Assembly (NCBI GenBank): GCA_951406725.2
Contig: OX597837.1
Location: 25,420,001 to 25,484,000 of the forward strand
Direction of reading: 5' to 3'
DNA: 64,000 nt
Source: Octopus vulgaris
Taxonomy: Eukaryota
Shown here: positions 1 through 12,893 of the stretch, piece after piece
How the letters are laid out: each line of letters opens with the position of its first letter
Position numbering within the stretch: the stretch's first letter is position 1
Program-made: the position numbers and the translations under genes
Notes under the pieces: model-generated
Database searches by the model: none
What the model was told of the DNA's origin: nothing
What the model saw: only the letters and a program-made list of their open reading frames with translations

Positions 1-1217
1 AAAGATACACAGAAAAAAAACAAGGAGAGAAAAAAATGCGTGTAGGAGCTAACGATCTATCATCGTCGACCTCGACGTAGGCCCAACTGCTTTATAGAAC
101 GAACAAAGCGGCAACCTCGATAAAAGGGACTTTCTGAGTTATCTCCCTTCGGTTGACTTGCATTTCTTGTCGGAAAAAATAAGATAAAATAAAAAATATT
201 GATTTATTGGGTTCAGTAATCTATAATTGAGTGACGGAAGAAAACCTTCCGAGACATCATCTTCCTCGGTCACGAGTGGATAGCTATTACACGTACACAC
301 AAATAAATGTTTATGTATATTACTATATATATTTTGTGCTGAGCTTTTTCTTGAGAACACATTCTTCGTGGAAAATAGCGATTTTGACGTCTATATCTAG
401 CATATTGACCGTCCACTTTTAGTGGTCAGTCCTTTAAATTTTGTATATAAAAAATATTTTAATCTTCGGATTTTTTTTTAATATACAAGGCCACTGGTTT
501 TAATTGATTAATATCAATTTCTACCCTTATTCAATATTATATTACTCTATATATATATATATATATATATGGGTGTGTGTGTAATAATATACAGATATAA
601 ATACACTTATATGTGTGCGTATGTGTATGTATATATAATATACATATATTATATATACAATATATATTTTATATAGATTTTTAAGCACATATATATATAG
701 AATATACATGGGTGACGTATTTTATTATATATATATATATATTTCTAACGCCCAATGTAAAAATAAATCGATACAAGCTGAACTTTATTTTCCCCCTAAT
801 GCCCGTTAAATAATCCCAGTCGTGTCGTTCACAGACGTAGTAAAACCGATTCTCGGGTTTACATGCACATAAACATATATATATATATATGATTTAGGTG
901 TGAGATTCGGTAAGGTAGCAATGAATGGGAGACAATAATAAAATGTGGTTGGTCTGAAGAGGGAATGGCAGCAGCAGTGATGGTGGCAATTTTTCTTCTT
1001 GTATCGTTCTCTTTCGTTTAACATAAACCTACATCATTCCTCGATCGACCGTGCACAGGCATCGTCATTTGCTGTTGATTGCAAGGACGACTTTCGTCGA
1101 GACACAGCTATGGCTATACAGGAAGAAAAGAGAGGAAACCTAATTTTAAATGTTTCGCACTTTAATTACCAAAACAGACTAAACATGTAGATAATATATA
1201 CATATGTATGATTTATG

Positions 1218-1259
<42 letters not shown>

Positions 1260-1604
1260 ATGCATATATATATACGACATATACGTAATATATATGCATG
1301 TGTGTGTGAATGTATATGTGTGTGCGCGTGCGTGTAATTAGTATAAAGAAGCGGAACTTGTCACTGCTGACGTTTGACCTCGCGGATTGATATCACGAAG
1401 AAAAAATGTTCCCATAGAACGGCGCAATATTTTGTCATATAGCTTACATTTAAAATATCATTTGCATTTACTGTGAACATTCTTAGTAATTCTATTACAT
1501 TTTCGTGGATGAATTTTTAAAGATTGCTTTATTTTTAGATTTTAAATGAGTCGTGAGTATTTTTGGGCGTTTGCGCTGCGTTCCAGCGCAAGGTAAGAAG
1601 TAGA

Positions 1605-1620
1605 CAAGATGGCGGCCATT
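1605..1620 (+). promoter_or_regulatory. YY1-type motif (CAAGATGGCGGC) overlapping a reverse GCCAT core, near the probable RBM15 TSS
   Basis: CAAGATGGCGGCCATT in a CpG-rich segment 90 nt upstream of the ATG; matches the canonical YY1 consensus typical of housekeeping 5' ends. Confidence 0.7.
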
Positions 1621-1641
1621 CAGTTGACAGTGGGAGAATAG
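1609..1641 (+). other. uORF1 (MAAIQLTVGE*)
   Basis: ATG in strong context (AAGATGG), TAG at 1639-1641. Confidence 0.55.
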
Positions 1642-1695
1642 ATGAGTTTGAAAGATTGCCAATCATTGTTATTTCATCTTCTCATCTGCAAGTGA
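1642..1695 (+). other. uORF2 (MSLKDCQSLLFHLLICK*), stop overlaps main start (TGATG)
   Basis: ATG directly after the uORF1 stop; TGA 1693-1695 shares its A with the RBM15 ATG at 1695-1697. Confidence 0.55.
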
Positions 1696-4139
1696 TGAAA
1701 CGACAGCAAGACAGAGACGTCTCACCTCGTAGCAAGCGTATGAGAAGCAGCTATGGAACGAGTGATCATGATTTAAATAGGAATATACTAAGCCCAGACA
1801 TGGATCGTCGCGATGGCCGTACCACCGTTAGTGCTAGTACAACTGGTTGTGCTGGTTCTGTTAGCGGTAGTAGCGCTGCTGTTGTTACTTCTAAGATCCT
1901 TCCAGCAGGAGCTTCGACAAATTCTAACCGAGGTGGAACAGCTGGGAAATCTTATCGAACGACGTACGACCACGATGTCGAACATTCCAGGAAGCCGTAT
2001 CGAGATGATAGAGTCGGGGGCAGCGGTGATTACAGTCACAATTCTTCATCTTCGTCTTCGTCTCGATCGACGGCTGACAACAGAGCGCCACCAGCAACAA
2101 TCCAGGAACCGTACCGGTCGTTGTGTATCAGTAACCTCAATCCCAAGATTTCGGAATCCATTTTGATTGAAAGATTATACTGCGAATTTGAACGTTTTGG
2201 TGTCTTCAACATCCGGCTCTCCTACGTCGGCGACCAGATGGTGGCTTACGTGAATTTTCGTTATCCTGAAGATGCACGGGCTGCCAGACACGACAAGTCC
2301 AATAATCTGGTCCTTTTTGACCGACCTATACGTGTGGAGCCTGTCTTGAACAATCGCCGTAGAAGCAACAGTCCGTCTACCACAGACTACATCTCAAGAC
2401 CAGGAGCTGCAGCCATCCTCGCTGTTTCTGATAGATTCGCCAACCGAAGTATTTCACCCGGACTGCCTTTGGTTGCTGGGCGAAGAGCTGGTCGCAACGT
2501 GAATCCTATCCGAGATCTACCCAGAGAAAGGGAATACCTTTATACAGACTCGAGGCATGGAAACATCGAAAAGAACCCGGTCAACCAGCGGCATCCTTCT
2601 CCAGAGACTGAAGAGAAAGCTACTCGGACTTTATTTGTTGGCAATCTCGATCACAGTGTTTCGGAAACGGAATTACGGAGACACTTCGAACGCTTCGGAG
2701 TTGTTGAAGATATTGACATTAAAAGACAGCAGAGAGGACAGGGAAATCCTTATGCATTTGTTAAATTCATAAATTTGGATTGTGCACATAGAGCCAAGAT
2801 TGAAATGTCAGGTAAGCACATAGGTAAGTTTCAATGCAGGATTGGTTATGGTAAAGTGACCCCGACTACATGTTTGTGGGTCGGAGGCCTCGGCCCTTGG
2901 ATCACTTATTCAACTTTATATCGCGAATTTGATCGTTTTGGAGCTATCAAAAGTATTGTATGGCCACACAGCAAACCACATGCTTATGTTTTATATGACA
3001 GTAAAGATGCTGCCCAGGCGGCATTTCAAGAAATGAGGCGGAACCCTTTCGGGGAGAAAGACTTCTCGTTAAGGGTTGACTTTTCTGATTCTAATCATAT
3101 TCCTTTCCCGTCAACGACTGTTGATGGTAAATCCGACAATGCGGATCATATAAGAGACTTTAGTAATGCTTCCTATGGATGCGGCGATCAAAGACGGACT
3201 GACGGCTTTGTTGATTCACATGTATCGGACAAAACTCGGCCTCGTGATCCGTGGCACCCGATCGAGGCCGATCCCATTAACGTGTTTAGAAATCCTGATA
3301 ACCCGCGCGATTTCGAACACAGAGGTAGCAATCGAATCGAAGTGATGGAGCGGGCCGTCAGTCTTCATGGTGACCGACGTAAAAGAGGACGTTCTCCACC
3401 TGAGGAATTTCTTCTTAATCAAAAACGATATAGGTCTCTCAGTCAAGAACGACCGGATATTTACCGTGCTGCCAGAGAGAATGAATTCCGCGAGCAAAAC
3501 AAACCAGACGTTAAATTACCCCAGGAACTAGCATCGGACAGAAATTCAGAGGTAAACAAAAAAGCTCGCCCTCCCACGGAGAAAGAACTCAGCGTGGCGG
3601 AGCATGTGAACAATTTGGTAGATTTAGCAAAGTGCTTACCTGTTGCTTGGAACGGTGCTCTTATATTAAAAAACAGTGCATTTCTCGCCCGTATGCATGT
3701 TGTTAGTGGTGATGTAACTATAGTCGATACCCTAATGAGAGATACCACCACAACAGAAACATCAGTACTTCGTATCACCCAGAGACTGAGGCTTGACCAA
3801 CCGAAATTAGATGAAGTTGGCAGGCGGGTCACTTCGTCTGGCTCACATGGACACTGTATTCTTTTAGCTCTGCCTAGTACATTACCAAATTGCGAAGTGG
3901 GACAAATTCAACAAAGACCTTTAAAAAATTTAGTTAGCTACTTAAAACAGAAAGAAGCTGCTGGTGTAATCTCCTTGCCACCCAATCCTTCAAAGGACAA
4001 AGAAAATGTTGGAGTTTTGCATGCATTCCCTCCATGTCCGTTTGGGTATAACTTTCTTCTTGGCTGCGCCCCTAAATTACCTGCTGAGCCGATTAAAGAT
4101 GATTATTTGGTTGTGATAGTTGTACGTGGTGCTACATGA
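1695..4139 (+). CDS. RBM15: RNA-binding protein 15 / spenito orthologue (3 RRM + C-terminal SPOC; m6A writer-complex adaptor), single-exon CDS, 814 aa
   Basis: ORF 1563..4139; first in-frame ATG at 1695 (MKRQQDRD). RRM1 YRSLCISNL..VAYVNF, RRM2 TRTLFVGNL..YAFVKF, RRM3 TTCLWVGGL..AYVLYD, SPOC AWNGALILKNS..LRITQRLRLD..LKQKEAAGVISL..YLVVIVVRGAT*. Confidence 0.96.
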   Translation: MKRQQDRDVSPRSKRMRSSYGTSDHDLNRNILSPDMDRRDGRTTVSASTTGCAGSVSGSSAAVVTSKILPAGASTNSNRGGTAGKSYRTTYDHDVEHSRKPYRDDRVGGSGDYSHNSSSSSSSRSTADNRAPPATIQEPYRSLCISNLNPKISESILIERLYCEFERFGVFNIRLSYVGDQMVAYVNFRYPEDARAARHDKSNNLVLFDRPIRVEPVLNNRRRSNSPSTTDYISRPGAAAILAVSDRFANRSISPGLPLVAGRRAGRNVNPIRDLPREREYLYTDSRHGNIEKNPVNQRHPSPETEEKATRTLFVGNLDHSVSETELRRHFERFGVVEDIDIKRQQRGQGNPYAFVKFINLDCAHRAKIEMSGKHIGKFQCRIGYGKVTPTTCLWVGGLGPWITYSTLYREFDRFGAIKSIVWPHSKPHAYVLYDSKDAAQAAFQEMRRNPFGEKDFSLRVDFSDSNHIPFPSTTVDGKSDNADHIRDFSNASYGCGDQRRTDGFVDSHVSDKTRPRDPWHPIEADPINVFRNPDNPRDFEHRGSNRIEVMERAVSLHGDRRKRGRSPPEEFLLNQKRYRSLSQERPDIYRAARENEFREQNKPDVKLPQELASDRNSEVNKKARPPTEKELSVAEHVNNLVDLAKCLPVAWNGALILKNSAFLARMHVVSGDVTIVDTLMRDTTTTETSVLRITQRLRLDQPKLDEVGRRVTSSGSHGHCILLALPSTLPNCEVGQIQQRPLKNLVSYLKQKEAAGVISLPPNPSKDKENVGVLHAFPPCPFGYNFLLGCAPKLPAEPIKDDYLVVIVVRGAT

Positions 4140-5276
4140 ATGTAAGAACGTATCACATCTGTGTTTAACATCATTGTAAAGGATGGAGAAAAACACACAC
4201 ACATACTCACACAAAGGCCCTACTTTTCTTTTCCCCTTCAAACTTTATAAAACCATTAGAATTATCAATTTTTTTTTATACATCTTCCAAACTTGGAAAT
4301 ATTCTTATCAAAATTCTAATGGTTACCCACCCCTTTAAAAGCTCTGTTTTGGGTTATTTTTTCCTGTAAAAAAAAAAAATATCAGTTTAAACGAAACTGA
4401 AATGTTTTACTGCCAATATAGATTTTACATTTTTCTTTTATGGAGATGAATGTTTTCATAGGAATTAGCCACAGAACACTTTGGTGCCAAACAAAAGTTT
4501 AGAAGGAAAAAAAATAAATAAATGTTTAACTCTTGGTAAAATAATGAAGATATTTGAAATTTTATATTGAATTATATCAGTGAATAACAGAAAAACAGAA
4601 TGAAAAAAACATAAAAACTATTTCTGAAATGATAAACCAGAAGCCAACCATGAGGAAGAATGGAAAACTGAAATATTCATATTCCACAACTCCGGCAGCT
4701 CTACCTCATTGCTAAACTGTGAAGTATTATGAAGAAGAAAAATTAAAACTAAATAACAAACAGCAAGTCTACATAGAAAGGACTCTCTTCATACACCACC
4801 ACCACCACTACTAACATCATCATCATCATCCTCATCATGAAGCAAGTGTCCAGCTGCAAGGCTAGACTGGTTGTTCAATGGTCAGAATGTGGCACTACCA
4901 AATCTTCTCTTCAGGTAAGTACTCTGAGTTTTCTTGGTTTATAATTTGATAGATGAAGAAAGAACAAGTTCTCATCTACCCTAGATCGACCCCTGCTCAA
5001 ACTATCCTCCAGGGCCAGAATCATTCTTGCTGTGACCATCCTGTCTTTATGGACCACATTGTCAAATGTGTTCTTATTTTTTTAAGACAGTAGAATGATG
5101 TTTTTGTTTTTAACAGACCCTCATCTTACAACCTAAGTTTGCTATACACACTAAGGTGATGAATGCTTGAAATGGCCACTAAACTAAGTCGCTCAAACTA
5201 TTCTTTTCTTCCCCATTACATAAAATTGTTTCTGAAATTTCAGAATTACTTTTAGAAATTCCTCTTTCATCTACAA

Positions 5277-5626
5277 CACTGGTTTTCAACTGGGGTCTAT
5301 ATGGCCCCCAAGGGTCCATGTAAGATATTTGGGTGTCCTCACAGCAAAATAGTAAATTGGGGATCCACAATAGTACTTTAGGGGCCCCTGAAAAAATTTT
5401 GCTTCAGATGTATAAATTGGTGTGTATTTGTAAGAAACAGCTTGGTTTCTTTCTCAAGCGTTTTACATAGTTCAGCCTACACGAGTGAATGTGTGATAAA
5501 CAAAATAGGAATTTTGAAAGTTGCTTCTATAAAATTAGTTTTTAAACATCAAATGACGATGGGGGTCCACCAGAATAAAATAGCAATCAAAGGGGTCCGT
5601 AGGTAAAAAATGGTTTAGAACCCCTG
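5277..5626. mobile_element. hAT/Charlie-like MITE (degraded)
   Basis: Ends CACTGGTTTTCAAC ... GGTTTAGAACCCCTG, repeated GGGGTCC subterminal motifs; TSD not clear. Confidence 0.55.
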
Positions 5627-5925
5627 GACTGGATAGTCAAAACTGGAATGTCTTTCGATATAGGTCTGTTCAGGTAGAATTGATCTGAAGCTAACAACAA
5701 CAGGTTACAAATTAATAAAAGAGCCTTTATATGGTTCAAACTGATATAAATAGCAGCTAGATCTCCCTCAAATCTTACACCATCTTCTAGATCATCCACT
5801 TTTGCCTTTCCTCTCAACTCTACCAGACAATAATAGCATCATTTCAGTTTTTAATTCCTGTTTCTCTTAAAGCTCATACACTCCCCACCATAAAACCATG
5901 TTGAACTTGATAAGTCCTGACTTTT

Positions 5926-6340
5926 ATCATCATCATCATCATCGTTTAACGTCCGTTCTCCATGCTAGCATGGGTTGGACGGTTCGACCGGGGATCTGGG
6001 AAGCCAGAAGGCTGCACCAGGCTCCAGTCTTATCTGGCAATGTTTCTACAGCTGGATGCCCTTCCTAACGCCAACCACTCCATGAGTGTAGTGGGTGCTT
6101 TTTACGTGCCACCCGCACAGGTGCCAGTCGAGGCAGCACTGGCTTCGGCCACGATTCGGACGGTGCTTTTTACGTGCCACCGGCACGGAAGCCAGTCGAG
6201 CCGGCGCTGGCATAGGCCACGATTTGGATAGTGCTTTTTACGTACCACCAGTCCAGGGGTCCTGGCATCTGTCGGGTGCCAGTCATAGGATTGGTTCGAT
6301 TGCGATTTCAATTTCACTTGCCCCAACAGGTCTTCGCAAG
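5926..6340 (-). mobile_element. 3'UTR fragment of RTE-clade LINE (family RTE-1) with (GAT)n tail
   Basis: Same sequence as the 3'UTR that follows the RT C-terminal ORF at 43118-44035. Confidence 0.8.
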
Positions 6341-8373
6341 CAGTCTTTTAATTCAATTCAATGTTGAAGGTAAACACAAGGTAAGACTCAAATTAGAACT
6401 ACTGCAAGTTTGAGCAAATGATCGGATAACCTCTTAACCCAACTACCTCTCATTTCTAATCTTTTGTTTCCTCATTAAACACTATGTCCATCTTGTTAGT
6501 TCTTTACCGTCCTTTTCATTTCTTATCCCTGATATTACATACAAAATTGTCAGATCTCTGTTGGTTAACTTCACAGGTTTCACTATGCACACACTTTCTA
6601 TTTTACTTAACCCTGGGTGATGTAAAGTTTACCAAAAATAATGTTTATATTGTTTGACGCCACTGAAATAAACGAGGGTTTACAATGTTGGTAAGTTATG
6701 TAGTAATTATCAATTTGTGTTTTATTCTAGCTAATGTATATTTAGCAATTGGGTCTATGAAGAAGTCTTACATTTGTTTTAAGTCAGTGAAATAAAGCAT
6801 GAATGCCATAATCATCATTTCTATGTCTTGTAACATAATTGCTTCTATTGAGATAGTTGTTGAGTTACCTCCCTTACTTTGCTCCTCTGTGCCAAATCTT
6901 TTATAATTATTGTTACTAATTGATATGAAGCATCATTACTCTTATTTATTTGTTTTCTCTTGTAGGCACCAATGAAATACTAACCTGATGGCCTATATGC
7001 ATTTTAGTATTCTCTTTCCTGCCGATCTTCGGGATTGTTCAGGACCTACAGCAAGTATTCCACCCATATATGCATACACATAAATACATACACACTCATA
7101 TACATGCAAACAGATATCCATATGCATACATACCAAATATCAAGCTTTTTTTTTTTTTTTTTTCATTCAAGAACTGGCTTTTTATCTTGGTTAAAAAATA
7201 TCTCATCTAAAAAATTAAAAATTTCATAACCCAAAGAAAAGCTAGAGTGTTTGGGGAGGTTTTTTAAAATTTTTTTTTTTTTTTTTATGAGGAAACAACT
7301 AATGATTGTTAGTTAAAAGATGAGGTTCTTAGCCTGGTTTTGTTTTTTTCACAAAATCATTTAAAATAAGAAAAAGAGAAAAAAAAAGCCATACTTGAAC
7401 ATTGTTGTCAGCTATTGCAGTTAAAGCAGCCATCAAGTGGAGTCACTGGTGGCCATGCAAGACCTCGATAACCTATATAGGACAATTGGTTTAAAAACAA
7501 AGAATAATATTGAACAAAAAGGACATTTTACTTTAGTACTAAAAATATTTTATTTATTTTTTATTATTGAATCAAAATGAGCATCATTGCTGGCAAGAAA
7601 ATGCTCAGGTGACCAGGATAAATTTTTTCTTATTTAATATTTTGTTTCTTTTTCACTCCTATCAGAGTAGATATTGATGATAACTTTGGTCAGTTAGACC
7701 GCTTTTAGATTAGAAATTCATGTTTTTTTTTTTTTTTTTATAAATATTTTTAAGCTTTGATTACAAACCTAAACTTTACTTCTTTTATTGAACATTTAAA
7801 ATGTAAAGGCATTAAGCAGAATATATCGCTGTGCACAGAGTTGTCTTGAAATGAGCAACAATTCTGTAGTTGTGTGCCTCTCTGTGTAATTCGAGTTTCC
7901 GTCATATCAGATGGGAAAATACTAGTTTCATATGTCTGTATAGAATGTAGAATTTTGAAGGTTTCATGGTGAACACAAACCAGCACAGCAGATCCTTTAA
8001 TTAATCAATGTCTTTTAATAAGGATTCGTAGTCCTTCACAGGTAAATAAAATTAATTAGTGATATTTTTGAATTAATTCTATCTTGAAAACAATTAAATA
8101 AACAAACAAGGTTAATTTAATAGGTAAGGCATTAGGATAGAGAAATTAACAATGGTTCACACAGCATTTGTATATAAAGTAATAAATATACTATGTAACA
8201 CTATGGTGGACTAGGTATGAGGTATAACTTATCAGACCAGAACATCATCTTATTGATGGTTCATTTTTATCAGGATTAATGTTACTACTAGATAGAGAGG
8301 CTTATAGGATCTAAATGTTTATATTACAAGGTAAAGTGTTGAGCCAACGATATAAGAAGTCAGCTGTAGCAGC

Positions 8374-8451
8374 ACCAAGGATGCAGTGTGAAACATTGAT
8401 GCACTCCTGGTTACCAAGGATGCAGTGTGAAACATTGATGCACTCCTGGTT
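8374..8451 (+). repeat. 39-bp tandem duplication, each unit a potential hairpin
   Basis: ACCAAGGATGCAGTGTGAAACATTGATGCACTCCTGGTT x2. Confidence 0.9.
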
Positions 8452-9789
8452 GCTAATTCTTTTCATTTTCTAATTTGGTTTCAGGTTTTTTTGTTTGTTT
8501 TTTTCTTCTTTTTTTTTTCTCGTTTTTTTTAGTAAACTCTCCAATTAGGAATCTATTAACTCTTGTATATGTACTTGGATATTGAGATTGTTTCCTCATA
8601 GAATAAGCATCAGTATTTCCTAATCTCCTCTGATATTGGTTCTTTTAAGCATTAAATTAAATGAGGAGAGATAAAACTGTGCAGATACCCCTTCACTGAG
8701 AGTATGGGAATAGTCTCATCAGAACTTTGGTGAAATCTTACTTCCAGTGTTTCAAAACATCACTCTGGTGTATAAATAATAATAATAATAATAATAACAA
8801 TAATAATACACACTGCTTTAAACAGGATTTAATTTGCTCTCGAGAGATTTTCCTTTATTTAGATATTTACCCTCCTCCCTCCCTCTTGAATTAAACTAAT
8901 TATTAAAGTATATTCAAGTATACTTTGACTGTTAATTAGTTCCAGTAGATACAAACATCTACAACTAGTTATCTTGTTTCTTGTTGCTTAACCAACACTA
9001 CATTACCATCCTAGTTTGCAATGTTGCTATATGTGGTCCCTATTACTAGTATCTTTCTGACTTATTGTTGTTATTATTATTATTATTATTATTAATATTA
9101 TTATATGAACTTTTTACATAAACTACATTACTCTGTAGTGTACCTGTGTGTGTATGTGTATATATATATAATGTATGTGTGTATATATACATGCACACAT
9201 ACATGTATGTAAATGGATGTGGTATATCAGAGGTTGCCAAGAGTCTGGATTCATAGAAAGAGAATTTTTAGAATTTATTTAAATGCCCCAAAATTACAAG
9301 TATTCTATCTGATGGCCTTTAACTTCTAAACATTTGTGACTTTGTTGAATACTTAAACTTTAAACTGTTCCTGGGGAGCTGTACTGATGTCCACATGGCC
9401 GGGCACCATTACCTCATGTAGTTTGTTAATCTGTATTAATTCATAAAGATTACTGGCTTCAGATGACTTCAGGTGTCAGCACCATGGCCATTCAACTGGA
9501 CCTTGTCCCTCTAATACAAATTCCTGGATAATTTCTCGCACTAAATGCAATTTGAGTGAACTACCATTCAGACAAAGAAATGTCTTACAATTGTAACCAT
9601 TCATTCTATTGCATTATTCTAAGGGGAAAAAAAGAGGCAATACGGATCTCTTAACTATAGATTATAATGTGCAACCCACAGTTCTTGGATTAGTTATATG
9701 TATATATCTATATATATTTCTAGGAAGCTAGACTTTTGGCTGAGAATCTCTCTCTGTGTTTATATAAATGTATATCAATAAGTCTATTG

Positions 9790-10329
9790 TGTGTGTGTAT
9801 ATATATATATATACACACACACATATATATTTCGGTATGTGTGATTGTATACATATATTTGTATACATGTATGTGTGCCTGTCTGTATACATTTGTAGCG
9901 TGTGTGTGTGTATATATATATGTACACACACATACACACATCTATATTTAAATTAATTTACTTATGATGACATGTTTGCAGTTGTATGTATTCACATATG
10001 TATATGATGTACATATTTGTACGTGAAGTTTCATTTTTTAATGTGTGTGTATGTATGTATATATATATATATATATATATATGCACATAGAATTATATAT
10101 ATGTGTGTGTGTGTGTGTGTTCTTATAAAATGAAATATAATTACAGAACTTGTAAATATATATATATATATATATAGATAAGTATGTATTATATATATAT
10201 ATATATACATATATATCTATATATGTATATATATATATATCTATATATGTATATATATATATCTATATATGTATATATATATATCTATATGCATATATAT
10301 ATATCTATATGCATATATATATATCTATA

Positions 10330-10370
<41 letters not shown>
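9790..10370. repeat. (TA)n/(TG)n compound microsatellites
   Basis: Direct inspection. Confidence 0.9.
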
Positions 10371-10373
<3 letters not shown>

Positions 10374-12858
10374 CTGTATATAGTATATAATTTATTTCTA
10401 GGTGTGTTTAAACTCTTTCTTCTAATCCCTTTAACTACCTGAACAGAGAGGCGTAAAGAAGAGAATTGCTGGAGTACCAAACTTGTTTCACCATTCTCAC
10501 TTCCTGACCAGTTTGTACGAAGATTGTTTATGGTTTTGCCGTAAATGGCACTAACCACTGTTTGAGTGTTCACTTCTTTTCTCGGGGCCTTGTGTTTGCA
10601 CTACATTGCTGCTATAGCTGTGGATATTGTTGTCTTTCTCTTCCTTTGTCGGGAGCTGCCTAGTGCGCAGGTGCCTTCATTGATTGCATCTTCTCAAACT
10701 TGTATCTTTTTTAAACATAGTGACAAATAAACTTGTGCAAATTTCTGTGTGCTGAAATTTCTAATGCGTTGAATCATCTCCCTGCCTATTTGCTGCACTG
10801 TTATCAGAGATCATATTTTCCATCGTAGGATATGTGTTTTAACAAAGAGCAAATACGAATCAAAGAAAAGCAATATGGAAAATTCTAATTTAATTGCTGC
10901 TGGCAAAACTACTGATTTCTCTGTCTGCAATAAATTGGAAGCAGAAGACTGCTTATCTTCCACTGTCCCTCATTCAAAAGTTTCTTATGTTTGGTTTTGT
11001 TTTAATCAATGGATATGGTGTTGGCACTCTGAGACTGATGCTTTGTGACTGAAGCATTTGGAATCATCATTCTACTTGTATGAAAGAAAGCATCACTTTG
11101 AAGATAATTCGACTTTATTGTTTGGCTTTTTCCATTGAAGTAAAAGTTACCAATGCTACAGAAATGTCATGGAGTTGGAAATCTACTTAGAGCAAAATAC
11201 TGGAAACTCTCCTGTTGATTCATGATAAGCACCATGGTTGGATGTATTATTACTTGCCACTTGTGTATTTCAGGGAGTTTACTTGCATTCACTGGATCTA
11301 CTTGGCAATTTTGTTTTATTAAGTCTGTTGACTACACTAAATAAGTTGTATGTGTGTCCCCCCGCCCCCTGTTACTTCGACAGTGATCCCTTCCAGTTAT
11401 ATGTCAGTGCCACTGGATCGTCTTATCTAAATAATCAGAAGGCCGTGTCTACAATCAACTTCATGTGTTACACTTCGATGGATACAACATTATCACCAAA
11501 AAAAAAAGATTTATTTTTTTCAGGTTTATTTTCCTATTACTTCAAAATCAAATATATTTTTATAATGCAATTTTTATTTACATTGATTTTACATTTACAC
11601 AAAATATTCATCTTTACAACATATATATACATATATATGTATATATATATATATATTATCTATATATATATAAATATATATTCTATATATATATATATGT
11701 AATTTAATTTATATACAGATCTAAACCTATAGATCTATATCCCTATGCATTTACATATATTTACAAAATATTTTCTAAGTTAATTGTGCCGTATTCAGGG
11801 AAAACTATATTCTTTTATTTTAAAAGAATTTAAAATTTTTAAAATGATGGCTGTGATACCAAAATATTTTTATAATGTCTGTTTAATCATTTGGCCTTTC
11901 TCCCTCCATTAATTTCAAACCCCATGGCTAGCCATGTATTATGGCAAAATATGTTTGTCCGGATGGAAATTCACATGATTAGCATTGAGGATCTATCAGC
12001 TCATTTATCAATATTGCTTTATTCAACCAGAGATTATTATTACACAGTTAAGACCAGAAACCTATGACCAACAACAGTGTGTGTGTTCCCACTGTCTTAG
12101 AGTACCTGATCATAGGCAAATCAACTTTCCAAATTTGGATTTTATTCCTTTCTATTTTGTTGTAAAATGCTTCAGTGATTTTAAAATATTTCTGTGAAGA
12201 AGAAAAATTCTTAATTTTAAATCTTGTAAATTGATAACTGAAAAGTTTTACAGGATATAAAAAAAAAAACAAGCCTTGTGTTATAATAAACCAAGTAAAC
12301 TGCATTTGGATGGCCATCGACTGTAAATGAATATGCAGGGAAATCTGTTGATGATCATCAATTTTTTGAGATTTTATAAGATAATGATACTTTTGTGAGC
12401 TGGATCATCATGAAGAATGTGTGAAAGAATTGCATTGATATTGGAGCTGTGAATTCAAAGACCTATTTTAAACATAATAAACCCGTCCCAAATGAGATAT
12501 TTTGTTGCAAGAATATTCATCCCTGGAAAATAAACGGAAACTAGATGCAACACTACGTTCAACATTATAGTTTGTGCTACGATTTCATTTCTTCTCTCTG
12601 GATATATTCACTATGGATATATTTTAACACTCGTCAGATCATTGAGCTACCTACCTGGGTCGTATTACACAATTCAAATCTCCTATCAACAGGCATAATC
12701 TTTTGACAAATAAGTTTTTTTTTTATATATCTTGATTTTCATTTTACATTCCACCAGTTTATCTTCAGTGATACTGATTCTATTCCTATGGAATAATAAT
12801 ATCTTATTTCTACCAATCTGTGAAAACCTGTTTCCTTTTTTGGAAAATTGTAGAATTG

Positions 12859-12891
<33 letters not shown>
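12859..12891 (+). repeat. Genomic poly(A) run (~33 nt)
   Basis: Direct inspection. Confidence 0.9.

Positions 12892-12893
<2 letters not shown>

Larger units (their letters stand above)
4915..6965 (+). other. Predicted intron in the RBM15 3'UTR
   Basis: Perfect donor CAG|GTAAGT at 4914/4915; pyrimidine tract TTATTTGTTTTCTCTTGTAG|G acceptor at 6965/6966; the TE insertions in this area fall inside the interval. Confidence 0.6.

Noticed and set aside
1563-1694. 44-aa N-terminal extension of the RBM15 ORF from TTG 1563
   Set aside because: Non-ATG start, probably upstream of or at the TSS; MKRQ at 1695 is the plausible start
1788-3832. Overlapping and antisense ORFs within RBM15
   Set aside because: Shadow ORFs of a long CDS with no recognisable motifs
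8384-8395. CAGTGT as an iron-responsive-element loop
   Set aside because: Flanks (GGATG / GAAAC) do not form the required 5-bp upper stem with C bulge
12859-12891. Poly(A) as the tail of a processed RBM15 retrocopy
   Set aside because: No TSD; the gene has a promoter motif, an intact ORF and a predicted intron; RBM15-family CDSs are largely single-exon anyway
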